Shown here piece by piece: positions 13,917 through 26,500 of a DNA stretch of 64,000 bases. Each line of letters begins with the position of its first letter. Positions within the stretch are counted from its first letter, which is position 1. Both the position numbers and the translations under genes were made by a program. Origin of the DNA: Haliotis cracherodii (lineage: Eukaryota). Under the pieces are notes generated by a model. The model was not told the DNA's origin and ran no database searches. It was given only the letters and a program-made list of their open reading frames with translations. Where the stretch lies: NCBI RefSeq assembly GCF_022045235.1, contig NW_027266286.1, positions 27,280,001 through 27,344,000 of the forward strand, in the 5' to 3' direction.

Positions 13917-14160
13917 TCTCCAAATGAAAATACCTACCCAAGGGAGTCTATCCATGCCATCACCAACTCTATCATCAGAAATCGAGCTTCACCATTCTTT
14001 GGGTCTCAGCCAATCAAACCGATGGGAAGGTTGATTCTGAAGAAAACTTATGAGGCATGCTCAAGTGATCATGGTGAGGCAAACTCTGCAGAAAAGTCAC
14101 CCAGCACCGATGAACTGGTCAGCGAGATGAAGAAAAAGATGATGATGCAGAAGAAGCAAC
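13917..14160 (+). CDS. SPON1: F-spondin exon (end of spondin_N domain plus linker ending EMKKKMMMQKKQ)
   Basis: tttcag acceptor, C|gtatgt donor; SPN..T.P.E.I..IT......SPF motif; phases fit both neighbours. Confidence 0.9.
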
Positions 14161-14164
14161 GTAT

Positions 14165-17052
14165 GTGGACATCCAGGGGCTGTTGGGAACATCCAGGGTC
14201 ACAGTTGGGTACATCCTGGGGCTCAGTTGGGTACATCCAGGGGCACAGCTGGGTACATCCAGGGGCACAGTTGGATACATCCAGGGGCACAGTTGGGTAC
14301 ATCCAGGGTCTCAGCTGGGTACATCCAGGGGCACAGCTGGGTATATCCAGGGGCACAGCTGGGTATATCCAGGGGCACAGTTGGGTACATCCAGGGTCAC
14401 AGTTGGGTACATCCAGGGGCACAGTTGGGTACATCCAGGGGCACAGCTGGGTACATCCAGGGTCACAGCTGGGTAGATCCAGGGGCACAGCTGGGTACAT
14501 CCAGGGTCACAGTTGGGTACATCCAGGGGCAGCTGGGTACATCCAGGGTCACAGCTGGGTACATCCAGGGGCTCAGTTGGGTACATCCAGGGGCACAGTT
14601 GGGTACATCCAGGGGCTGTTGGGTACATCCAGGGTCACAGTTGGGTACATCCAGGGGCACAGCTGGGTACATCCAGGGGCTCAGTTGGGTACATCCAGGG
14701 GCACAGTTGAGTACATCCAGGGGCACTGTTGGGTACATCCAGGGGCTCAGTTGGGTACATCCAGGGGCTGTTAGGTACATCCAGGGGCTCAGTTGGGTAC
14801 ATCCAGGGTCACAGTTGGGTACATCCAGGGGCTCAGTTGGGTACATCCAGGGGCACAGTTGAGTACATCCAGGGGCACTGTTGGGTACATCCAGGGGCTC
14901 AGTTGGGTACATCCAGGGGCTGTTAGGTACATCCAGGGGCTCAGTTGGGTACATCCAGGGTCACAGCTGGGTACATCCAGGGTCACAGTTGGGTACATCC
15001 AGGGGCTCAGTTGGGTACATCCAGGGTCACAGCTGGGTACATCCAGGGGCACAGTTGGGTACATCCAGGGGCTCAGTTGGGTACATCCAGGGTCACAGCT
15101 GGGTACATCCAGGGGCACTGTTTGGTACATCCAGGGGCACAGTTGGATACATCCAGGGGCACAGTTGGGTACATCCAGGGTCACAGCTGGGTACATCCAG
15201 GGGCACAGCTGGGTATATCCAGGGGCACAGCTGGGTATATCCAGGGTCAGTTGGGTACATCCAGGGTCACAGCTGGGTACATCCAGGGTCACAGTTGGGT
15301 ACATCCAGGGTCACAGCTGGGTACATCCAGGGGCACAGTTGGGTACATCCAGGGGCACAGTTGGGTACATCCAGGGGCACAGCTGGGTATATCCAGGGTC
15401 AGTTGGGTACATCCAGGGTCACAGCTGGGTACATCCAGGGGCACAGCTGGGTATATCCAGGGGCACAGCTGGGTACATCCAGGGTCACAGTTGGGTACAT
15501 CCAGGGGCACAGTTGGGTACATCCAGGGGCACAGCTGGGTACATCCAGGGTCACAGTTGGGTACATCCAGGGTCACAGTTGGGTACATCCAGGGGCACAG
15601 TTGGGTACATCCAGGGTCACAGCTGGGTACATCCAGGGGCACAGCTGGGTATATCCAGGGGCACAGCTGGGTATATCCAGGGGCTCAGTTGGGTACATCC
15701 AGGGGCACAGCTGGGTACATCCAGGGGCTCAGTTGGGTACATCCAGGGGCACAGTTGGGTACATCCAGGGTCACAGTTGGGTACATCCAGGGGCACAGTT
15801 GGGTACATCCAGGGTCACAGCTGGGTACATCCAGGGGCACAGCTGGGTATATCCAGGGTCACAGCTGGGTACATCCAGGGTCACAGCTGGGTACATCCAG
15901 GGTCACAGCTGGGTACATCCAGGGTCACAGTTGGGTACATCCAGGGTCACAGCTGGGTACATCCAGGGGCACAGTTGGGTACATCCAGGGGCTCAGTTGG
16001 GTACATCCAGGGGCACAGCTGGGTACATCCAGGGGCTCAGTTGGGTACATCCAGGGGCACTGTTGGGTACATCCAGGGTCACAGCTGGGTTCATCCAGGG
16101 GCACAGTTGGGTACATCCAGGGTCACAGCTGGGTACATCCAGGGGCACAGCTGGGTAGATCCAGGGGCACAGCTGGGTACATCCAGGGTCACAGTTGGGT
16201 ACATCCAGGGGCACAGCTGGGTACATCCAGGGGCACAGCTGGGTACATCCAGGGGCTCAGTTGGGTACATCCAGGGTCACAGTTGGGTACATCCAGGGGC
16301 ACAGCTGGGTACATCCAGGGGCACAGCTGGGTACATCCAGGGTCACAGTTGGGTACATCCAGGGGCACAGTTGGGTACATCCAGGGGCACAGCTGGGTAC
16401 ATCCAGGGGCTGTTGGGTACATCCAGGGTCACAGCTAGGTACATCCAGGGTCACAGTTGGGTACATCCAGGGGCACAGTTGGGTACATCCAGGGGCACAG
16501 TTGGGTACATCCAGGGGCTGTTGGGTACATCCAGGGGCTGTTGGGTACATCCAGGGTCACAGTTGGGTACATCCAGGGGCACTGTTGGGTACATCCAAGG
16601 TCACAGTTGGGTACATCCAGGGGCACTGTTGGGTACATCCAGGGGCACTGTTGGGTACATCCAAGGTCACAGTTGGGTACATCCAGGGGCACAGTTGGGA
16701 ACATCCAGGGACACAGTTGGGTACATCCAGGGGCACAGTTGGGTACATCCAGGGTCACAGCTGGGTACATCCAGGGGCTCAGTTGGGTACATCCAGGGGC
16801 ACTGTTGCGTACATCCAGGGTCACAGCTGGGTTCACCCAGGGGCTCAGTTGGGTACATCCAGGGTCACAGTTGGGTACATCCAGAGGCACTGTTGGGTAC
16901 ATCCAGGGTCACAGCTGGGTACATCCAGGGTCACAGTTGGGTACATCCAGGGGCACAGTTGGGTACATCCAGGGGCACAGCAGGGTACATCCAGGGGCAC
17001 AGTTGGGTACATCCAGGGGCACAGCAGGGTACATCCAGGGGCTCAGTTGGGC
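14165..17052. repeat. 22-bp minisatellite (gggtacatccaggggcacagtt), ~130 copies, intronic
   Basis: Tandem periodicity with point variants and occasional 20-bp units. Confidence 0.97.
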
Positions 17053-17115
17053 ATCAGGGGTCAGAGCCAAGCACTGGGTTGCAGTCCGGAATAGTGGATG
17101 AGAGTTGGCACAGAG

Positions 17116-17620
17116 GATCGGAGTCATCCATAGAGTATTTGCGTTTGGCATAGAAGCTTAGTAGAGCTTAAAGGCTTAAAGTAGGGCATAGAGGATGAGA
17201 GTCTTGAATAGATCGGAGTCATCCATAGAGACTTTGAGTTGGGGACAGAGGCTTAGAGTAGGGCATGGAGGATGAGAGTCTTGAATAGATCGGAGTCATC
17301 CATAGAGACTTTGAGTTGGGGACAGAGGCTTAGAGTAGGGCATGGAGGATGAGAGTCTTGAATAGATCGGAGTCATCCATAGAGACTTTGAGTTGGGGAC
17401 AGAGGCTTAGAGTAGGGCATGGAGGATGAGAGTCTTGAATAGATCGGAGTCATCCATAGAGACTTTGAGTTGGGGACAGAGGCTTAGAGTAGGGCATGGA
17501 GGATGAGAGTCTTGAATAGATCGGAGTCATCCATAGAGACTTTGCGTAGGGCATAGAGGCTTAGTAGAGTACAAAGGCTTAGAGTAAAGCATAGAGGATG
17601 AACATCGGCATAGAGGATGA
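17116..17620. repeat. 77-bp tandem repeat, 4-5 near-identical copies plus degenerate flanks
   Basis: gatcggagtc recurs at 17211, 17288, 17365, 17442 and 17519. Confidence 0.92.
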
Positions 17621-17728
17621 GGGTAGGGCATATGGATCGTAAGGTTTAAATGAAGAGATAATTTGTTATAAAACTGTGACGCTTTAGAAGGGAGATTTAT
17701 GTCCCATAGGTGAGATTGTACTGATGAC

Positions 17729-17857
17729 CAGGGCCCACTTGCACCAAGCAATCTTAGCACCAAGCAATCTTAGCACTACGACTATTGTAAGCTTATGTTA
17801 AAGTATCGGAGTTACAATCATCTTAGTGCTAAGATTGCTTTGTGCAAGTGGGCCCAG
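17729..17857. mobile_element. Short MITE-like foldback
   Basis: gggcccacttgcaccaagcaatcttagcac ... gtgctaagattgctttgtgcaagtgggccc inverted arms. Confidence 0.6.
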
Positions 17858-18009
17858 TACAAAACAGTACTGAGGAAACAATAGAAGTTAAGATTTGGAG
17901 CTTAGCATCAAATTGTTTAGGAGGCTTTGTTGTAGGAGTCGAATAGTTTGAAATAAGTACACTCATTGATCAGTTTTCTGAATACAATTTTTTGTCAACT
18001 GTTTTATAG

Positions 18010-18441
18010 AAATGGAGAAATGTGCTACAAGTCAGTGGAATGAATGGGGAGACTGCTCCAACCCGTGTGGCAACGGCATGCGTCAGCGCCGCCGGATGTT
18101 CAAGAACCCTGGCATCACCCAGTCCATGTGCAATGTGGAGATGATGGAGAAGGAGACGTGTGTTGGAAACTCGGGCTGCAATGCCAAGCGCCGCAAGATG
18201 CAGAGCTTCAAGTTCCGGCATGCCAAGGAGGTTGATCCCAGCGACATGTGCGCCGTGACTCCGTGGTCCGACTGGTCACCGTGTAGTCGGACCTGCGGAC
18301 TTGGGATGAAGGAGAGGTGGAGGATGTTCCTGAGGAAGTCCCAGAAGACAGACGATTGCGGTGTACATCTTCAAGAGAAGGATCTTTGTAGAGGCATCAT
18401 CCCCGACTGTGACATGGCAGCCAAGATGAAGAACTACACGG
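18010..18441 (+). CDS. SPON1: F-spondin exon, two TSP1 repeats
   Basis: ttatag acceptor, G|gtgagt donor; WNEWGDCSNPCGNG and WSDWSPCSRTCGLG. Confidence 0.95.
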
Positions 18442-19093
18442 GTGAGTTAGGATGACTAGCAATGGTAGTCAGGTTGTTAAAAAACGATATTGCAGTACCT
18501 TTACTTTGTAGTCACAACTATTGAGGTACTATTACTATGTGGTTACAAGTATTGCAATAGTATTACGGTTGTTAAAATTACCATGCAGTACTTTTACTAT
18601 ATACAGTCAGACCCCGTTGTGTCAAACTTGGATGTGTTGAAATCTTGTTGTCTCAAACTCATCTGAGAGACCAATGTGTACAAATTAAGCATAAAATTCA
18701 CCTGAAGTTGTGAACCCTGATAGCTCAAACTTTTTCCATGTCAACACGACTTCAACACAAGGAGGTTCGAATGGCGTTACAAGTGTTGCAGTAGTATTGC
18801 GATAGTTTTTTTAAATTTGAGTAGCTCAGATTATGTTATAAAATTGTGAACGTTTTCAGAGTGGATAACCACTAACCACTTTCAGCAAGGTGTAGTTTAG
18901 ATAAAACAAATAGAAACGTAAATGCAGTATTTTGTTTATTACATTATGTCTATCAATAGTGCTGTCCCTTTAATATGGTATGACAAGAAACCCTTGTCTT
19001 TCAGGCATAGGTTCGGACCCTGCATCTGTGACAGGTTGTCAGATTATGACACTAATGCTACAATAACACTTGTTACTCCTGCCCTTCTTTCAG

Positions 19094-19264
19094 TCATCTG
19101 CAACGAGGATGCTGATACTGGTCCGTGCCGGGGCATGTTCATCAGGTGGTTCTACAACGCCTCCATGCAGAAATGTCAGGCATTTACCTATGGAGGTTGC
19201 CGTGGAAATGAGAACAAGTTTGACACGCAAGAAGAATGTGTGGAGCTGTGTGCTGAGCATATGA
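19094..19264 (+). CDS. SPON1: F-spondin exon, BPTI/Kunitz domain (P1 Arg)
   Basis: C.....DTGPCRG...RWFYN.....C..FTYGGC.GN.NKF.T..EC...C; tttcag acceptor, A|gtaagt donor. Confidence 0.95.
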   Translation, partial: SSATRMLILVRAGACSSGGSTTPPCRNVRHLPMEVAVEMRTSLTRKKNVWSCVLSI

Positions 19265-20387
19265 GTAAGTTCAGTAGCTTGTTCATTAAAATGTCAATAG
19301 AAACGTAAACTTCAGTTCCAGTGAATTAAAAAACCTGAGGCTATCATTTTCAGCGCTCCCTGTTAATGTTCAATAGAAGCTGTATTTATGTTAAGGTTTC
19401 TTGTCATGCTGATCATTTTATTTTGGACACAGCGGATGTCAAATGGTAAAAATGTTCACTGACGCTCCGGGTGCTATTCTCCAGATGGGTACAATGTGTG
19501 AAGCTCATTCTTGGTTTCCAAAGCCATGATATGACTGAAATATTGCCAATAACAACTGTAACATAATCACTCCATTATTATTCTATGTTGGTAATGTTAC
19601 TTTAATGTTTGTAGGTCTTTGTCTACATGTTAGAAAGCATTTGTAAATATTATAAAGCCCCATGTAATTGGGGATGCATGAAGGTTTTGTCAGAAATTGT
19701 CCGTCAGCACTGTCACTCTTTGCTTTTGAAACCATGTTCCACTTGTACATCTCTGGGATATCATATATTCTTTTATTACCCTTGGGAATTATTTTTAGGT
19801 AATGATCAGTCGGGTCAAAGGTCAAGGTCATAGTTTGCAATTTCTTTAGAACTGGAAAAGCAGTTATTGTAGTTCTATTTAACTTGGTACATATGGTCAT
19901 AAAAGGTCATGAGTGATCTACATCTGAGGTCAAGATCATGGTGAAGGTCATTCACAGAGTATGTTTGTCAGTTTTTCTCAAAATTCTCTTTTCCTGCAGA
20001 TATTTTTAAGTTTAATGCATGCAGTGGTTATATGATTTAAATGCTTATGTTTGACAAGTGATAACTCCCTCCTGATAACAGTAGCAGACCACTGTCACAC
20101 AGTTTCAGTCAAATAGCGTAAATATTTTCGTTGTTGCGACCCTACTGGGAATGTTCTTGAAATACTTGTAACTGATACTGAAGGTCAAATTTTCTCTCAA
20201 GGTCACACACCTGAAACTGTGTCATGTTCATGATGATGTTTACAGTCGTCAGATGAAATTTGGTACATATCATCTTCAGGGTTGGGCGTTGAAGTGGTCG
20301 TGTTTTTGAGTATCCTTCATTGAAGGTCACATTGACTAGAATGGACATATTGCATCTTAATCTACCCCTGAAGATTTTATTACTGCA

Positions 20388-20553
20388 CGGGAGGTCGGTT
20401 AGCCTAGTGGTTAAAGCATTCGCTCTTCACCCCGAAGACCCGGGTTCTATTCCCAATATGTGTACGATGTGTGAATTAAGCCCTTTTCTGGTGTCCCTCG
20501 CCATGATATTGCTGGAATATTGCTAAAAGCGGCGTAAAATCATACTCACTCAC
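20388..20553 (+). mobile_element. tRNA-derived SINE family D, full length
   Basis: A box (tagcctagtgg), B-box-like ggttctattcc, actcactcac tail; TSD ttattactgca at 20377-20387 and 20554-20564. Confidence 0.85.
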
Positions 20554-20774
20554 TTATTACTGCAGATAACTTGCAACACTAGCCCACGTTTTTATCATCT
20601 TAAGGGTCGGGCGTGGAAATGGTAGTGTCTTTGAGAAACCTTCATGGAAGGTGTCATTGGAATGGACATTTTGCTTTTTTGTGTACTGGAACAATCCCCT
20701 TATATTATATTAGTTAGTTAGTTATATTACTGCAGATTACATGCAATACTAACCCACGTTTTCCTGAACTGCAG

Positions 20775-21293
20775 TGGAAGTGAACCGCAAGCAGATGATG
20801 ATTGAGAAACAGATGTTGATGAAGAAACAGATGATGCAGAAACAGTTGATGCAGAAGCAGGAGATGCAGAAGAAACAAGCCATGATGAAGAAACAGCAGA
20901 TGGAAGCCAACGCAGACAGGGAAGGACAGTCACTGACGTTCTCACACATGGACCTGAAGACGCTGATGATGAAGAAGAAGATGATGCAGCAGTCGGCCAA
21001 CTTGAAGATGGAGAGGGCGCTGTCAGACGAGATCAAACGCAGGAGGAAGGAGCGGAGGATGATGAAGCAGAAGAAGAAGATGGAGCGGAGGAAGAGGCGG
21101 CACAGGAAGGAGCATACTGGGTCAGGGGTCAACTGCATGGTCACCCCGTGGTCTGATTGGTCGGAGTGTTCAGTCACATGTGGCAAGGGTATGATGACCA
21201 AGACGAGGATGGTCAAGGTGCAGCCGCAGAATGGTGGCCGGAAGTGTCCTAGGAAACTCATGAAGAAGAAGAAGTGTAAAGTGGATAGATGTC
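20775..21293 (+). CDS. SPON1: F-spondin exon: Met/Lys/Gln-rich basic insert plus third TSP1 repeat
   Basis: TACTAAC branch point at 20747-20753, ctgcag acceptor, C|gtaagt donor; CMVTPWSDWSECSVTCGKG. Confidence 0.93.
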
Positions 21294-21346
21294 GTAAGTA
21301 GCCGTGAGATGGGGGTCCGTGGGAGGAGGGAGGTTAAGGGTGTGCC

Positions 21347-21650
21347 AGGGCTGGGATGGGTAACTCGGGTACTTGGGCCGGGTCGGTACTGAGTAGGACC
21401 CAGGTACCCACAGGACTACGCGGATACGGGGTTATATCATGTGATATATTGTTTAATGACAATAACTATAAAACTCCATGGTTACACTACAAGTCACTAA
21501 TTTTTTCGTTCCTTCTGACTTTTATATGTTTGAACAAAGATAAAGCTGCAGTCAACTTCAGTGTATGCATGATAAAATAATTCCCAATCAGACATTTTGT
21601 ACCCAACTCTAGAGATCTTCAGTGGGTAACGGGTAGGGTCGGGTAATAGG
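21347..21650. mobile_element. Partial copy of the hAT-type MITE
   Basis: Matches the left part of 9898-10484 and one G-rich unit. Confidence 0.65.
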
Positions 21651-22005
21651 GCAGTCCCCCACTACTGTTATACCTTGTTCACAACACAAAAGTATTTCAT
21701 AACAGAAACCTTCAAACAAGAGGCACACACGGAGTACAACAGTATCACAAAGAACAACATTAGCACTAAGCATATATCCTGGGAAAGCCATTACTATATT
21801 ATAGCTCCCCTTCTATTATGATAAATACCCTGGACCCGCCATAGCTTAGTTTCAGAAGTGACATCACCATCTTCAACTCTATTATCACCAACTTAGCACA
21901 GAATTGTTGAAGAATCTTGTTTGTGATCTTGAAATCACCAACCATCCAAAATACACTTCTGAACATGGACGCAACTTCGGCTTAGATCTGCATTCAAATT
22001 CGCAG

Positions 22006-22266
22006 CCGGTGAAGATCTGGGGTAGAATAGATCTTCAGCAACCCATGTTTGCCATAATAGGTGACTATGCTTGTCATAAGAGGCGACTAACGGGTCAGGT
22101 GGCCAGGTTCACTGACTTGGTGATGTCATCCATCATATCCCAATTGCATGGATTGATGCTCATGATGTTAATCACTGGATTGTCTGGTCCAGACTCGATT
22201 ATTAACAGACTGCAGTCATATAGCTGGAATATTGCTGAGAGTGGCATTAAGTGACAAACAAACCCA
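22006..22266 (+). mobile_element. SINE-like family C copy
   Basis: gtgaagatc..ggtagaat..cttcagcaacccatg...aagaggcgactaac...gctggaatattgctgag; many copies in the window. Confidence 0.75.
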
Positions 22267-22573
22267 AATCAGGAGACTGTTATTAATGAAAGTTAAGCTG
22301 GAAAAGATGTTTCCTGAATACTGTTTCAGGAAGGAGGAGACTGCCGTGTATTTGAGAACCCAAAAGTTAAGCAAATTCTGGTGATATTGTCTCTAGGTTC
22401 AGTCATGAAAGAACAATGCAATTTGATTGGCTGTCTATTTTTGGCATCAGTCTCTCAAACCGTACTCAAAACAAAGCTTGATGAAAGCTCCAGGGTAATT
22501 ATATCACAGAAATGAGATATAATATGCCAGATAATCAAGAATGATTAATGTCTGTCAATGATCTGTTCTTCAG

Positions 22574-22752
22574 CTATTGACTGTGAGTTGAGTCAGTGGG
22601 CAGACTGGCAGGAGTGCTCTGCAACATGCGGTAAGAAATCGGTCCAGGTCCGGCGCCGGAAGGTCCTGCAGAAGGCCAAACATGGCGGCATTCCCTGTGC
22701 AGCCCGGAGGGAGAAGCGGTTCTGCAGTTTGCCGATGTGCCCAAATGAAGAT
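22574..22752 (+). CDS. SPON1: F-spondin exon, fourth TSP1 repeat (alternatively ends at TGA 22758 if unspliced)
   Basis: cttcag acceptor; DCELSQWADWQECSATCGK; followed by GTATGA. Confidence 0.9.
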
Positions 22753-23546
22753 GTATGAGTCTAACAGTACATTTTAGATGAGGCTAGAAGAATAGATAAA
22801 CTTACTTTATGACACAAACACTGTAGGTAGGGTGAAACTTCCACATAGTAATGGTGGGCATAAAGGCAGTGACAGATGAAAGCAATCCAATCTCTCCCGA
22901 CAAGTTTGCATCCATCCGAATTAATTTCCATTTCTGCATGGCATGAATTAAATATATTGCAGAAGCATGTATCTAAAGTTCTACTTTTCCTAAGAATCTT
23001 TCTAAATCCAAACATTTAGCCCTTTTCTTGTTGCTCTCCTTACTTCAGCGGTTGATTTGACAAGCTGTTCAGTCATGCTAATTCTGTTTGCTTAGATTAT
23101 TTTCTTTTGCATGAATATTATGAAGTTAGTTGTGTGACTAATATTACATGGTGCTGTATCTATGGTGAAACTAGTAATGGCGGACATTTCTTACTCGAAG
23201 AAATAATAACACAAATATATAATATGATCTCATTATTACCGTGTTTTTAGTTTAATATCTGTATGTTTTCTTTTGATGTTGGAATTCTCGCTTCATTAGA
23301 TAGCTTCTGTGTTTCATCACCGCTTTTCTGTTCGTTTGTGCAAATACTGTAGCTTTAACCCTTTCAAAAGCAGGTTCTACTCTAACAGCACAGTATTGTG
23401 TAGTTGTAGACAGTCACTGTTGGAAGGGTTAAACTGCGTGTGGCATAGTATCTCGGGTTGCAACCAAAGACATGGCACCATGGGTAATATCATCGTTGCA
23501 ATGTCCAGAACGGGAATAATAAGGGTTAATTTATGTACTGTTTCAG

Positions 23547-23594
23547 CTGGAGAAGGATATGCGTAGGTTTATGCTCTACCATCGGCGCTACTAA
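23547..23594 (+). CDS. SPON1: Probable terminal coding exon of F-spondin (LEKDMRRFMLYHRRY*)
   Basis: tgtttcag acceptor; phase 0 matches the GAT|gtatga donor; followed by a repeat-poor, UTR-like stretch. Confidence 0.55.
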   Translation: MEKDMRRFMLYHRRY

Positions 23595-26500
23595 CCAATC
23601 AATGTTTGCGCTCCTGCAACCATGTGACCTCTAGTAACCAATCGGCAGCAAGACTTCAATACATCGTGCCTTGACCTCTCATGGGGAAGAGGTTACTTTC
23701 TTGCCAAGCAAGAGCAAGCTATCATATCAAAAACTCAGTCTTGTGACCATAGAGGACAGAGCTTCAGTGTGTACGACTGATGAATTTCAGAGCGTCTGTT
23801 GCCGAGACTCGACAAGACTTTCAGTTAGATGCAGTTGTTGGTCCCCTGTTGGAAGACTGTTGGCTAACCTGCCTTCTGTATATAGATGTACCTTGTGTCT
23901 GTATGTGCCTTGTTAGAACTGTGACATTGTGTTCATGCATGCATCCAGCTAGCTCCGTATACCGACGCCAGTCCTGCCTGTATATGCCGCCATCCACCTA
24001 GCACCATTGCAGGTGTGCGATACTAACCCTGCGCTCTGCATGTATGTAACGCCACCTGTATCTGTAACCCAATGCTTGTCCACTACCGTGTGTTCCAATT
24101 TAACAGGTTATGTGCCTTAAGTACATCACAAAGGGTATTGAATGATATATAAATTATGATATTTTCTTTAAGGAAAATAACATGAACTTGCACTGTGCAC
24201 TTTTCAAGGAAAGTCATGGATGAAATTTGTTTCTTCAAGTGAGTGATCTAATAATTGCACTGCTGTCTTGAAGTAAGTGCACTTTATAATACTGAGTTAA
24301 TCCTCTCAGCTGCGACAGTCAAAATAATCACTCTGTGCACCACGCACCACCACCATATCCTGTCACTGCTTGACACCACTTATTTCTTAGCTGGTCTAAG
24401 GGAGGTAACTCCAAATATGCAGAGTCACAGCAATAATGTCGGAACCTACTGGTTCATTCTGTGCACATTCATGAACTGTGTAAGCATACTTGTAATACAG
24501 TTACTTATTACCAGGATATTTTATTATCCATGTTTTTCAAATACCATAATATGATGTTTTTATTTGCCATGTCTGGGTCACAAGATTTTCTTTATAAATC
24601 ACAAGTTCTGTATCAGGGATTTTTACTATCTGTTTGATGTAATTTTAATCATAATTTTAAACTCCAATATTAATTTTACTCATAAGCTGTTAAGATTTTG
24701 TTCACTATCCATAACAGAAAATTCTAACAGAAATACTTACTGCATTAAAAGCTTTACTAAATTCACATGATATACTTTAAAATGTAAAATTTACATTGTT
24801 GGTAAACAATATGTATATTCCCTGAAAAATATTACTGATATTAAGAGATGTGTCAGTAAGAAATATCAACCATTTCTCCCAAGTACATCTGTTTCAAGAT
24901 TTTAATCTTTATAATCGAGTAATTCAAAATGAAATATCACAGTTAAATTTCAAAGTAAAACAGAATGATAAATATTTCACACATATGATTACATCACTAC
25001 TTGATTTCTAATATGGCAAGCACACAAAATAACTGTTAGTCGAAGACACTCTACAGAGTTAACTCCACAGCACATGCCGTAGTTATTCTAATAATGTATA
25101 CACTAAAAATATACCCAAAATGGGTACTGTTTGGTAACCGAAATATACCTACTTAATATTTGCTAACGACCGCACCTTTAACGAAAGACTATTATGGTCC
25201 TTAGGAAATGTTGAGTTGTATATCAGAATCCAATTATTTTGATGTCAGTAATTTTCTCGCGATCATTACTAAATGTTGTCTCCCTTTATTTGGAAATGTC
25301 GTCCATCTTACTTATTTGAATTATTAGACTGATTACGGTTTTCAGTGTTCAGAAGTGTTCTGTGTTCATATTATTCTGGAATACCAGGCAGTTGTCAACT
25401 TGCAGCCATTGTTTTGCAGCGTTGCGTCAGGTAAAGACGGGAATTTCAACTTGTGAATTGATTATTAGTGATTTGTGAAAGGTTTAGGTGACGACTTATC
25501 ATATTTGAGCTTGCGTATGAGATTGTGGTGACAACTAATGCGGTCAGCAATGTTTTGTTATGTCTCATTGAATAATTTTTGAAGACAATGATCAATAAAT
25601 TTATGTTACCTCGCTGTCTGACACACATCACATTGGTGATTATTGTGGTAATTGTAAATATATGTTTAAAAATAATCTCATGCAAGCAAATCGGGTTTGA
25701 CAGACTGTTGCTGCAGTTAGGGCTCATTTATAAATTTAGTATTTGCAAGATATTAGTTTTCAGGACATCAGCACGTGTAACTAGGTAAGACCCACTCTGT
25801 GTTTATGCAGTCTCCGTGGGATGAGACACGACCCACCTGAAACCCCTGGTTCAAATAATGAGATGTTCCTTTATTTGATGTGAAATATACTGGCTGTTTG
25901 ATATTTTCACCTCTTGAATAGGGTATTTTCCATCATAGAAAAGACGGTTTCATTATTTCTAGGATGGGAGGGTGTGCTTTGAGGCAGGGGGTCCTCATCA
26001 AGTTGTTAAGTGCTTTCATTGTACATTGTAGATAGTAAAGTTGTTATTGAATGTTTATGTACATTGTTTTAGAGAGGGTAGATTTTAAGCCAGCTTCCTG
26101 CATCATTCCACTTCAGTTGCTAGTTACCGTATTCAACTTTTTAAGCACCCCGGCACACAGAAGCGTGTCCAGGTTGGTTACCTTTCCAATTGCATTACAA
26201 CTAGATTAAACTTTGAATATTTACAAAATATGAATTTATTTGATACTTGAAATTTTGTTTTCAAAATGTATGGGGACCCTTGTTGGAACGGGGTTTAATA
26301 GATTGAATACGGTACATGAGTTTCAATGCTGAATTCATTCTTATGACACCTGGACAATATGGATTGTAGGTTGATGAAGAAATTGTATCACTCTGAATCA
26401 TTAACTGTTCATCATCATCAAAATCAAGAAGACACAGAGTGACGAAACTAGTGGTTGATAGTGTGAGTACAAATCCATGGCCTTTGACCGACACGGAATG

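Noticed and set aside
14165-17153. Long ORFs (up to 786 aa) of GTSRGTVGYIQGHSWVHPG repeats on both strands
   Set aside because: A stop-free 22-bp unit opens all frames with the same peptide, and it lies in an intron bounded by good splice sites
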